A DNA stretch of 62,541 nucleotides, filler included, from Vannella sp. (taxonomy: Eukaryota), in the NCBI GenBank assembly GCA_023345925.1. It is 7 parts of 7 records of this genome, joined end to end, with 100 filler letters (N's around TTAATTAATTAA, not from the genome) between each part and the next. Parts side by side here need not be neighbours in the genome. Positions count along the whole stretch, not along the records: positions 1 to 12,780 come from JAJQQN010000390.1; positions 12,881 to 25,675 come from JAJQQN010000156.1; 5 more parts are not named here. One strand, given 5' to 3'. Below, in pieces: positions 11,310 to 22,026 of the stretch; within the stretch, counting starts at the first letter, position 1; every line of letters starts with the position of its first letter. The position numbers and the translations under genes were made by a program. The notes below the pieces were generated by a model that worked only from the letters and a program-made list of their open reading frames with translations, did not search any database and had not been told where the DNA came from.

Positions 11310-12780
11310 TCAAGATACTGGTGTGAGGGCAAGTGATAGCTCGTTGATACGTTTGTCGACGGCCTCCCCTTCAAGGAAGAGATCTTCTATTTTCTTGCGG
11401 AGCTTTTGGGCTTGAATGTCCATTGTCTTCCTCTTCTCAAGTAGCTGAGCTCTCTTTCTGAGAAAGTTTTCGAGTTGGTAAAGTGTCAGATCGTTGAGGT
11501 TACCAGGGAGCATGTCATATTCGAATAGGTTCTTCTTTTCGATAACAATCTCAGAAAGCCTGGGGAACTGGCTACTGATGATCACCAGTTCCTGTAGAAT
11601 GAGATCAAAAGAAGGTCGCATCTTTGGCTCGTTTCCAACGCACTTTTGGATCAGGCGTGCGAGCTCTTCAGGAATATTCCATTCTAAAGAGAAAGAAAGA
11701 GGTTTGTCTTCTTCGAGTGTGCTAATAATTGCTCCAGTGAAGCTGCATCCCATAAATGGGGGTTGTTTGGAGAACATTTCATACAATACTAATCATTCAG
11801 GCAAAGTTAGTGAGGAGGCAAACAGGACAGACTACTCACTTAGTCCAAAGGAGTACACGTCGGCTTTTCGGTGGTCATGCTTCTCTGTGGGAGCTGTGGG
11901 AGCTATGCTGCTGAATTTTGCTGGTTGCAGGACTTCCAGCGGCATGTATCTGGCAGTTCCTATTTCACCACCCACCGTTTGCGACTCAGACACGATTCTG
12001 GATGTCCCGAAGTCCGTGACTTTGGCACAAGGAGAGAGAGTAGTTGGGTCTAGGTCGGACATGAGGATGTTGTCTTGTTTGAGATCGCGATGCATCACCA
12101 TCTTAGAGTGCAGATATTGCATTCCCTCTGCCACATCAATCCCAATGCGGAGGATTAGCTCTATGGAGAGGGCAGAGGGTTCTTCCAAGGAGCGGTCGAT
12201 GAGGCGGCGAAGATCTTTGAGCGGGAGGTACTCCAAGATGAGAGCCAAGTCGGGAAATCTCATACATACACCAACGCATTCGATGATATTGGGATGTTTC
12301 AAGTTGGATGTGATTGTGATCTCATTGCGGAAGGAGTTCGCTTCTTCTTCACTTAGTTCGCTAGCTCGGAAGATCTTGACTGCCGCGTCTCGGCCTTGGA
12401 ATTTTATGAGACTAACAGTACCAGAAGCTCCCACACCTAATACCTCACCACCTCCAAGGTTGTTAAAGGGAACGTCTGGAACTTGAAGGTAGACTTTGAA
12501 AGAGACAGAGATACTCATGAACTGATTGTAGATGATCCCGTTCTTGTCAGAACACTCCACAACAACCAGTGCTTCAAATATTCCACTGCGTAGAGCAATC
12601 AGTTGGACTACGATGCTGATGTCGCTATCAGGAGAAATAAAACCGGAGGGCGTATTGACGGTCACAAGGAAAACCTCAGAAGGGGGAGTGATCACACGGA
12701 AGGAATGAGTGCGACGGCCTAGATTAGTGAGTACAATCTTATCATAAAAATGTTTGTAGGATGGCCTTTCCTCGTCTGGT
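11310..12780 (-). CDS. Tandem paralog of the upstream TKL kinase (MSP-like + kinase + coiled coil), 5' truncated at the contig end
   Basis: Near-identical kinase core (HRDLKQDN, DFG) and the same intron position after DVYSFGL. Confidence 0.85.
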
Positions 12781-12880
12781 NNNNNNNNNNNNNNNNNNNN
12801 NNNNNNNNNNNNNNNNNNNNNNNNTTAATTAATTAANNNNNNNNNNNNNNNNNNNNNNNNNNNNNNNNNNNNNNNNNNNN
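12781..12880. other. Artificial contig linker (N44-TTAATTAATTAA-N44)
   Basis: Identical 100-nt spacer with stops in all six frames, recurring six times. Confidence 0.97.
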
Positions 12881-15800
12881 AGCTATGGGAGGGTCTACTA
12901 ACATAGCGTGGAGGACTTTCAGGGGCATGTCAGGTGAGTGTTCAGCTAGGCCCACTTCATCAAGAAGCAAGATGGTAATCACATTCTCAGCGTGCTTTTG
13001 GTACCTCACAGCCATATCGAATTGATGTTGGATGGAATGGGAGTCAGACATTGGTGAACATTGATAAGGGAAGATATAGACAGCAGGAAAGCGATGCCAG
13101 AATGGCCTAGCACTTTGTCGGCCTTGTAAATTAGAGGCAATCACTTGCATAGTCAGAGTCTTGCTACTTCCGGGTTTCCCAATAACAAAGACGGGAATAC
13201 GGTTGAGAACACAAATTATCACTACAAACAAGTTCTCTTGCAGTGCGTGGTTCATCGCGATGCCCTCTTCCACATCCACTTGACTGCAGAAGTAGTTTTG
13301 AATCTCTTCTAGAATCTTACTGAAGGCGTTGGGCGCTCCCAAAATACGGAAGGTCTCAGATTCATTGGCAATGGCTGCTCTCCAATCCAATTGAGGATTC
13401 TGGTTGTTGAAGATGGCCCAAAAAGCCTTCCTCTTCTCTGAAGTGTCTAAGCGGTAATAATACACAAATGCCAATCCCATCACAACTGCCTTGGCCAAAT
13501 GAGAGGGATTGGGAGCCTCGTTGGGAGTAGTAAGAACCTCACTGTGGAACCAGGATATCAGCCGAAGACACCTTTTGACATCACGTAGGCTGGCAACGCT
13601 TGGTTCTCTTTCTGCTTCCCTCACAAAGTTCTGTGAGACATGAATCAGACTTGCCATGAATTGTTGAGTGAATAAGCTGAACTGAGGGAACTCTGCAGTG
13701 ACCATGGAGACAATGTAGAGCTTCTCATTTTGAGATGTTAGAGAACCAAAGTCAAACAGGAAGTCCCTAAGGGTGTGAGGAATAGGGTGCACTCTATACA
13801 CCAACTGGCTCATTGGGTCTTGCACTGTAGTGACACCACGGGAATGAAGCTGATAGACCAGGCCAGGTGCGTTAGATTGGGATGGTTTGCTTCGATACGG
13901 GTTCAACGCAGCTAGGATATAGATTCCATCACTGAGACGCTTTCCATTTAACGAACGGTGGCAGACGATCTCACTAATCAGGCCCATGTGTGGACACGTG
14001 TTAATCTCATCCATAAAGACGAACACAGGGTGGTCGGGATCTTCTTCTAATGCACGTTCTGCTTCGGAAAAAAGCGCATCAAAGTCCTCTTCACTTGTTC
14101 CGCCGTGGACGTCGAGAGTCAACAACTTGACTCCCATCCACAAGCTCAAGTAGTTAATGAGCATTGTCTTTCCACAGCCACACTCGCCCATTAGAATAAC
14201 AGGGACTCCACATCGTAACCTGGCAAAGATGGCCAACATCTTCAAGAGATTATCCCCAGTAAGGCAGTAACTCCCTTGAAGAATTTTCTGCGCATCTTCT
14301 GCGCCATGATAGACACCTGTCAGTGCCGAGAGAATTTCAAAGAACCGGTCAGAGAGCACATGAAGCTCTTCTCCTACATTAATTTTGTTCTCAGTGAGGT
14401 AGGAAAGAAGTCCAGGATGCATCTTCTTGCGAAGGTCAGCGGGGTTAAGGCTTAAAAAGTTAACTGAGTGGGTGGCGTTGGAGAACAGAAGATATTCATG
14501 ATTCAGGTCGTTCCATTTGAGTGTGTTGTCCCACAGTTCTATCATTCCCTGATATGAAGTGGTACTCTCGTCCATTTCATGATCAGCAGGGGTTGGAACT
14601 GGTATTGTGACAGTGCGTGAGTTTGTGGGAACGCGACTGAAAGTGGGATTCTGTCTGAAACTCTCAGCTTCTGATTCGTAGACAAATCTTAGCGTTGCTC
14701 GATCTTCCAGTCTATCTGGTGGCATAGAACGCCAGAAGCCTTCGATTTGGGAGGTAGTGCTCATGCAAAACGCTCCTTCGTCATTATTACAGACTGGGCT
14801 GATCTGCCAGCCGGAGTCAGGCCCCCAGAAAAGGTGCCTTCGGCTTTCTTGGTTATTCATGATGTAATGAGGGTGAGAGCCAATATTGTCATAAGGGGGT
14901 TGGCATAAATAAACGCCATTCTCTGATGTGCTGGTACTTCCTCCATCATTGACACATCCGCTTACTTTGACAGCATCTCCTTTGTATCCATTCTTATCTT
15001 TAACTTTTTTGACGTGAATTTGGGGATTATCAGTCCAATCAGGAGAGGAGAACCACTTGCCACTGATATCAATACCTTTTTCACATCGTGAATATACTGG
15101 GCTATCAGCTTCAATGATATCATCGATGACCCAGCAGCTTTCATTCTCTCGATAATACAAGAAGAACGTTCCGCTGTATCGAGTGAGCAAATGGAAAGAG
15201 GGTTTTCCGTCATTGGAGAACTCCATCAGCTCCCAAAACCCGTTCCAGTCGAACCTTTGCATTCCGCTTATGAGGACACCAGCTATTCGGTTTGTATCCT
15301 CCAGGCGCACTTGACGAGTGGCAAACTCGCGAGCAGTGCGAATCAGATACTGAATCACATCCCCCTTGATTTTAGCTTTCGATTTTGTGTCGTCTAAAGA
15401 GCTGGCATCTGGCATACAAATGCAGTTGATGGGAGACTCAGGCGCGTGCATATCGCGAAGTTGCCAGTAAAACACATTCACAAAGTTCCAGATACACCAC
15501 AAAGATGGCCTTTTGCTCTCCATAGCGAGAGAGGACAGAAGTAATTCGAAGGCCCGTGGTCCATCGATCTCGGTAAATTTCCTTCCGACCTCTGCTTGTC
15601 TCAGCGCTATCAGACTCTCCTCGGGAGTCGCGTTAACAGGCTCTAAAATGTACGGAAATCGACCTTGGGTTTGATCGAGAATCTCCAAACCGGTGCAAAC
15701 ATATTGCAACCTGTAATATGCACTGGAGGTACTTCCTCTCCTCTTATCCAAACAAGTACCATCATTTCGGGAGCTAAAGAAATCCTCTTGCCCCATCCCA

Positions 15801-18800
15801 ATCAAAAGTGCATTCTCCGTGACCTGGAAGGAAGCTGCAGAAATTTCTACCTTAGTCTGTTGGATGAGATCTATCACTCGTAGACGGCCAATTACTTCGC
15901 TTCCAGCTGGGACCTCAAAGGCCAGATAAGATTGATCGGGCGTCCAAAAGAATTGAGACCCAGTAATACTATCACTTAGTCCTCCCATGTAAATTAGGTC
16001 AAACAACAGGGAATTAAGGTCTTCGTTCACTGTCTCATGGATATCAAAGTGAATCAAAGTCGCGCATTTGGTTGCAGAAGCTAATGAAGTTACCAGGCGA
16101 GATAGGAGACCATTTGAATGCATTATTGGAATAGAAACTAGTTGAGCTTGAAGACTCTTTGCATGTGAGCGAATGGTGAATGTTTTACCAGACCCAGCAT
16201 GACTAGCAGTGAAAGCTGAAACTCCCTTCGAATAATCTTGTGAAAGCTGTAAGGATAGCTGTTGTAGGATCTCTCTAGGGAGTGGTATGATACTGGCTCG
16301 GCGGTGGAAGAATTGGGTCACCATATGTTGGCTTTCACTGTTTCCTGAAAGAATAAGCAGCGGATTGACTGCTGTCCTGGAGGATAGTTTGATTAGCTGG
16401 ACAGCTTTTCGTTGGACTTCAAAAGGGAGGTGCTCAATAGCACCAAGGCAGTAAACCTTGTTCTGTCTTCCATGATCATGAGAAGAAGCCCATCGTAAGA
16501 TAAGAGTTTGCACATCATCCCAAATGGTCTCGGCTCGGCAAAGATAAACTAATTCTCTTTCAGGTAAGTATCCCGCGCGGATGTACGCTGAGAGGATATG
16601 ATCAAAGATAGAAAGAGGGTCTTCACAGCAAATAACATGATATCCAGTATCTACAGATGCTCCAGCAGCATAGGCAGACACTTTTTCGACCTTGACAAGA
16701 CGATATCGAGCTGGTATTGACTCAGCACCCTTTTGCAATGCTAATCCACAGCGGGCTAGGAGTTCAGAAGAGCCAATATCGGTCGAGTCGCTCATTACAA
16801 ACTCTCTCTCCTTCCAAGAGTCGACCAATTTTTGTGAGAAGGAGAGCACTCCTTTTTGCTCTGCAAGATCCGAATTGAGAAGCTGCAAGGTTTTTTTCAT
16901 GAGACTGGTAGACATAGAATTCTCGCTTCCACTAGCGACCTCTTCGAGATTCATAATCAGGCGCCAAAGGTGCTTCATACTGAAAAAGTTGAGGAAATAG
17001 TGCTTGGAACGCTCTCGTTCGATTTCAAGTGTCCATTCGGTAAAGAGTGCGGCTTTGCTACTTGCAACTGCGCGAATGGTGTCCGGCGATTCGAGTATTG
17101 AGTATTCAATATTATAGGTTTGATGTTCGAAGTGCCCAGCCTGGTAGAGATCCTCCAAACTTTGAAGTAGCTCTCTCATCCATGCAAACTGTTGGATAAA
17201 TTGCTCAGTGCCTTCCACTACCGCTTCACTCCTTTGTTCAGATTTTGAGAGTATCAGTGTACTTTGGAAGTCTACAAGCTCATTGAGGTTCTGTCGCTTC
17301 TCAAGGAATTGGCCATTGTTGCGAGGAGCGTGCCATCTAAGGAAGAGCTGGTGCCTTTCGTTGTTACTCTCAAGCCTTTGTATAACCCAAGTAGCCTGAC
17401 GAACTGGTTGTAGGATTTGAAGGAGTCTATCAGGGGCGGCATTATCAGACTTATCATCCAGAAGCTCCATTAAGGAAAGGCGGTACTCTGACGTGACAAG
17501 AACACTTCTAACAATGTTCTCATCTGCTGGAGCGAGTTCTTTAAGAACTAGGACCAATTGAGACATATCTGAAGCTTCGTAGTCGATGCGGTAAATGAGT
17601 TTGTGCAAGTTCCGCCTCACCGAACTGAGCATTGAGATCTTTTCTTCGTCTACTCTTCCTGGCTTTCCAGGTTGTTCTTGCCACAGCTCCACAGGACATT
17701 CCATTTCAGACTTTCCCATTGCTTCCTCCAAACTACTTGTAAAGTTATTGTCGTCTTGGAGTTCTCGTAGCCAGTCAAGTAACTCTTTGCCCTCCGTGAT
17801 TGCTTCAAATAGATCAGGATTAAGCTTTGGCAAGCAGGGATCTATCTTAGACAGAGGCTCTAAAAGATCTCTCATTTCGGACAAAGGCGTTTCGTCAAAG
17901 GAATGCATCTGGAAGTATGTCTCGATCTCAATAACCGCTTTTTTCACATCTTCAAGAGACTGAAGACCTTCAGGAAGTAAGAATGAGCTAAGACAAAGGA
18001 GTAGCCGCTTCAGTTCTGAGGTACTCTGAAAAACTGCGTTCAGGTGGGACCAATGTTTGATGTGCTGTTGCAATGACTTGGTCCACGAACGGTTGCGTGG
18101 TTGAAGAGACCAAGCATAGCAATCAACCCCAGATACTACATGAAAGCCCATGGCTGTCTCTGAGAGACACACTCGCTCAGCTTTCTTGGTGAGTAGTGGC
18201 GCAATGATCTTCAATCTTGCAAAGAGAACCTGTTCAGTGTCCAGAGCTTGGTATTCTTCCTTCCATGCAAGAGAAGCGGGAACAATTCGTTGCAAGTCCT
18301 TCATAATCTGCTCTTCCCAGATTAATTTGAACAGACGACTCGCCCTCAAGCGGAATAACCATTCGACGGCTGATACTAAATGCTTATCGAGTACTTGGTC
18401 AGTTTTTGACGAGTTTGAGGCATGGCTTCCTCTACTAGAACGCAGAAAGTGGCGGATTGCGTTGAGTTGGGAACAAGAGAGAGTCTTAGCCGCATTTTTG
18501 AGCGAAGCAAGCACTAAAGAGTCTTCCATAAACGCTTTGGCAACGGACATGTACTTATCAAGATCTGCTGAGATCATCTGTATCTCCTCATAGAGTTTTG
18601 GAAGAAGTGTTGGACCCTCATTACAACCCACCTCCTTCCAAACTTGGTTTAAATGAGCGTTGCTGATTGATTTGCAAGTCTCGATAAGTTCAATCTCGCA
18701 AGTGCCTTCCTGGAAGTGCCGAAAAGCTTCTTTAAAGGCCTCTTTTCCCATGTGGAAGAATCGACCCAAGTCTTTCCACTGCTGTAGTTCCTGTTGAGCG

Positions 18801-19849
18801 AGTTCTGTCCTATTCCTCTCAATAAAGCTGTCCTCGCTGGGGTACCAGCTCATAAAGATGGTCCATGCAGCAGAGCTTTGGCGAAATAGATCGCTGAGTG
18901 TAATTGGCCTCTCCCCAGAGAAGAAAAGCTCCATGTGAGTGGCATCGTTCAAGTCGACGACTGTGAATCGATCTAGCCTTGTCATCACAGCGCTAATGGT
19001 TGTACGGTGGATGTAACGAGACCAGGGGGGAACCTCCTCTGCCCCTGGTCCAGTAAAGACTTCCAGTGAGGGAAGGAGAGCTTCTAATGCGGCACCTGGG
19101 GTGACATGACGAGCTGCATTCTGGATAGAGATAGCCAACGCGTTCAAGAGCTGCGGAGGTAGCTTGGAGAACAAAGGAAGGACAGTGGAGAATCGAGAGA
19201 GAGCCTGGACCGAGTGCGGGCCCACGCAAAGACTATCCAGACCCACTCCAAGGAGGTAGTCAAGCTGCTTTGTGTGTGTGTTGTTTTCAGCCCAAAGGCG
19301 ATGGTAAGTGTGCGTCCACCAGCTCAAGTAGATGCTCAGAGCCTCAGAAAAGGAGAAGTTCTGGTTCTCCTGTCCAGGAGCCATGACAGGGGCATTTGAT
19401 GCCGTCTCAATGTTGATAGACTCTGGTATGATCTCCATGTGGGGTGTAATCCGTTGTAGCCACGAGGACACGCTGTGCTCGAAGCTCCCCCCTGAGGGAT
19501 GACTGCGAGAACGGACCTCTTCCAGTAGTTCTAAGACCACTGGGGTGATGGGAGAGCAAAAGCTGTCAACGAATAGTAGTGCTTGAAGAAGGAGCCAGTC
19601 CACAATCCCTGGATGAAGCTTGGCGATGTTTGTGAGAATCTCCAACTCGCCCTGAAGCCTCTCCGGGGCCATCTCTTTCCAATCCTGCTTCTCGATCCAC
19701 TCGATGAGTATGCGTTGCTTCTGCTGTTCAAGAAGAGGATCCTCCTCTTTGGGAGAGAGCGGAAGTACGTGAAAGACATCGCGAAGGGAAATCGCGTTCT
19801 CCATCCACTCCCGCAGTGTCTTCACTGATCCCTCATGCTCCCGACTCAT
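12881..19849 (-). CDS. RNF213/mysterin-like giant AAA+ ATPase, 3' truncated at the contig end
   Basis: More than 2300 aa of uninterrupted ORF. Motifs GVPVILMGECGCGKT...FMDEIN, YRVHPIP, ASLRDVKRC, IPVFVIGKPGSSKTL and LDEVGLAEHSPDMPLKVLH are characteristic of the RNF213 dynein-like AAA core. Confidence 0.85.
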
Positions 19850-20086
19850 GTATAGTCAGTAGTAGCAGACCAGCGAGTAGAAGCGACTAAACAATGATCT
19901 GCGATGATCTAGAAGATGTACGGAGGTGAAATGTCCTTCTTTCGATCAAAAACCGTACAAAGTATTCAAATTGGACTTGCTCGACTCTAATGAGACAATT
20001 TCCTGTGATGAATGAAGAAGGGATGAAATCAATCTGATTGTTGAACACAAATTCTTTAAGCCCTAAACCCTATGGCCTCCCTCCGA

Positions 20087-20157
20087 GAAAAGTCACGAGG
20101 GGCGATGGCATTTCCCTCGTTTGGGTCCTTTGAAGCACCCAAAACTCAAAAATGAAA
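20087..20157 (+). repeat. Dispersed ~70-bp non-coding element, copy 1
   Basis: GAAAAGTCACGAGGGGCGATGGCATTTCCCTCGTTTGGGTCCTTTGAAGCACCCAAAACTCAAAAATGAAA, nearly identical to 37397-37470 on another contig. Confidence 0.85.
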
Positions 20158-20269
20158 GAGCTCTGGACTTTAATTTAAGTGAATGAGTCCTCCAGTGAAG
20201 GTCAAGGGAGCCAGGATTTAATCTTGAGAGAATTGACTTCCAAACTCACTTTCGCTTCGTTAGAGGTTC

Positions 20270-20950
20270 TCAAACATATTGGCGCTTCACTTGAGCCTCC
20301 AAATCTTTGTAGGATCCTTTAAGGGTGTCGAGAGTATGCCGTGGAGGCAATTGGCCCTGTTTCGAGGGTGAGATAGTGTGGGAGGAAGAAAGCTCCTCTC
20401 TTACTTTGCGAAGGGAGTCTCCAATGTCCCCTAGATCTTTGAGATGATCGGGAGATAAGCTTTGCATGTGTGCAGCAAGTTTACTCTTGCCTGAGCGGCA
20501 ACGGAAGGCTGCGTGGGCCAACGTGAGAAGACCAGAGAGGGAGAAGGCAAGGATGAGCATGATCCCCATCAACCACACGCTCAAGAGGACAAAGACCAAG
20601 GTGATAGCACCACCATACGTCATCGCCTTCTCATGACCAAGCGAGGCCTTCTTATCGATGACAGCTACACCTGCTGCACCGCAAAGAACGATGGGGAGGG
20701 CCACTACTGGACGGAAGAACCTTGGTACAATCTCAATACTACACCACCTTAACATACAAAGGACTCACGCTGCCAGAATGAACAGACCCAAGGCAATAAG
20801 GAGATAATTGACCGCGTAGTAGTTCAGATTGGTCACCAGGCGGATCTGAAGCTTCTCCATGTTCTCCGGAGGCTTGAAACGCTCTGTGTCCAAGAAGTCA
20901 CTCCACGGGCGCAGCTTTAACTGCTTAAATCTATCCACAAGGCCTTCCAT
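20270..20950 (-). CDS. PRA1 (prenylated Rab acceptor) family membrane protein, 2 exons
   Basis: LRPWSDFLD...FKPP...RLVTNLNYYAVNY and LAHAAFR motifs. Confidence 0.9.
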
Positions 20951-21086
20951 TGCTCCACCCGACGGGTCCCAACAAAAAGCAGCACTAAATGGATGGAAAA
21001 CAATAATGAATTTATCCGTGTAATAAATGCAGAGATTTTAACAATTTTGCAAAGGATTTGGGCTCTAATGAGCATTACTTCCGAGC

Positions 21087-21995
21087 ATGTTGAGGACTGT
21101 TGCGCTGAGAGCGAGTAAGGCTTTGGTTTTGGGGGTGTATGATTGCTGACTGTGTGGGGCAGTGGGAGTTCGTGCTGTGATGACGAGAGGGGCCCTGGTA
21201 CCTTCGTGGGAGGGAAGAAGGGCTCTGCAAACTTCTGCTTCTTCGCACAACCTCATCTCTGGAGCCCTTGATGAGGTGCTTGCTGAAGAGGAGGACAATC
21301 AAGAGGAGATCCTCCACGAGCAGAAGGGACAAGACTACGCAAAGGCACGGCGAAAGAACGCGAAGGGATCCTGGTGGCGCTACAACCGCATCATCGAGGC
21401 CATTCGAGGCCAGCCACTCAGTGTAAGCCTCTTAACAGACCACGCCGCGAACCCCCCTGACAAAGAGTATCGTAGGATGCTTTCCCAGCTCTTCGGGAGG
21501 TCAGCATGCACCGAAAAGCTCAGGTCATCCACAAGGTGCTTTGGGCTGCCCGTTCTGCTGCCGAGCACAACTATGGGCTCAACCCAGATAAGCTCTATGT
21601 CCGTAAGTGTTCTGGTGATGTTTGTAAAGCCATACGAGTGCCTCACACTGTCCCTAGACGAGATCTTCGCTACCAAGGGCCTCCACCTCACGGGACGAGC
21701 GATCTTCCACGCCAGAGGTCGCGTGGGCATGAAAACACGCCCTCGTACTCATATCAACGTAGTCGTTAAGGAGATGCCCGATAAGATGCAATCGCGCGTC
21801 GACGCTTGGGAAGCGCGTGAGGAGCTCTGGCGCGATCACATCTCTTCCAAGGCAGAGGAGTTTGGGGCTCTCTTCCCTGATGTTCAGTTCGCTCTCCCAC
21901 AGAACAAGGCAGAGATGCATCGCCATAACACCAAGAAAGTCACCTCCCAGAACCAGAGTCTCCCTGCCGGTTCTGGGCTCTCTACACCGAACTAA
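21087..21995 (+). CDS. MRPL22: Mitochondrial ribosomal protein L22 (uL22m), multi-exon
   Basis: Presequence MLRTVALRA...; AIRGQPL, AEHNYGLNPDKLYV, HARGRVG...THINVVVKE after removing three short introns. Confidence 0.85.
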
Positions 21996-22026
21996 AGCTC
22001 TTCAGCAAAGCCAGTAAGTGCTTTAT

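Noticed and set aside
11494..12486. Long plus-strand ORFs (also 7834-8487, 32680-33702, 46231-47310)
   Set aside because: Antisense shadows of well-supported kinase, WASP and MVP genes.
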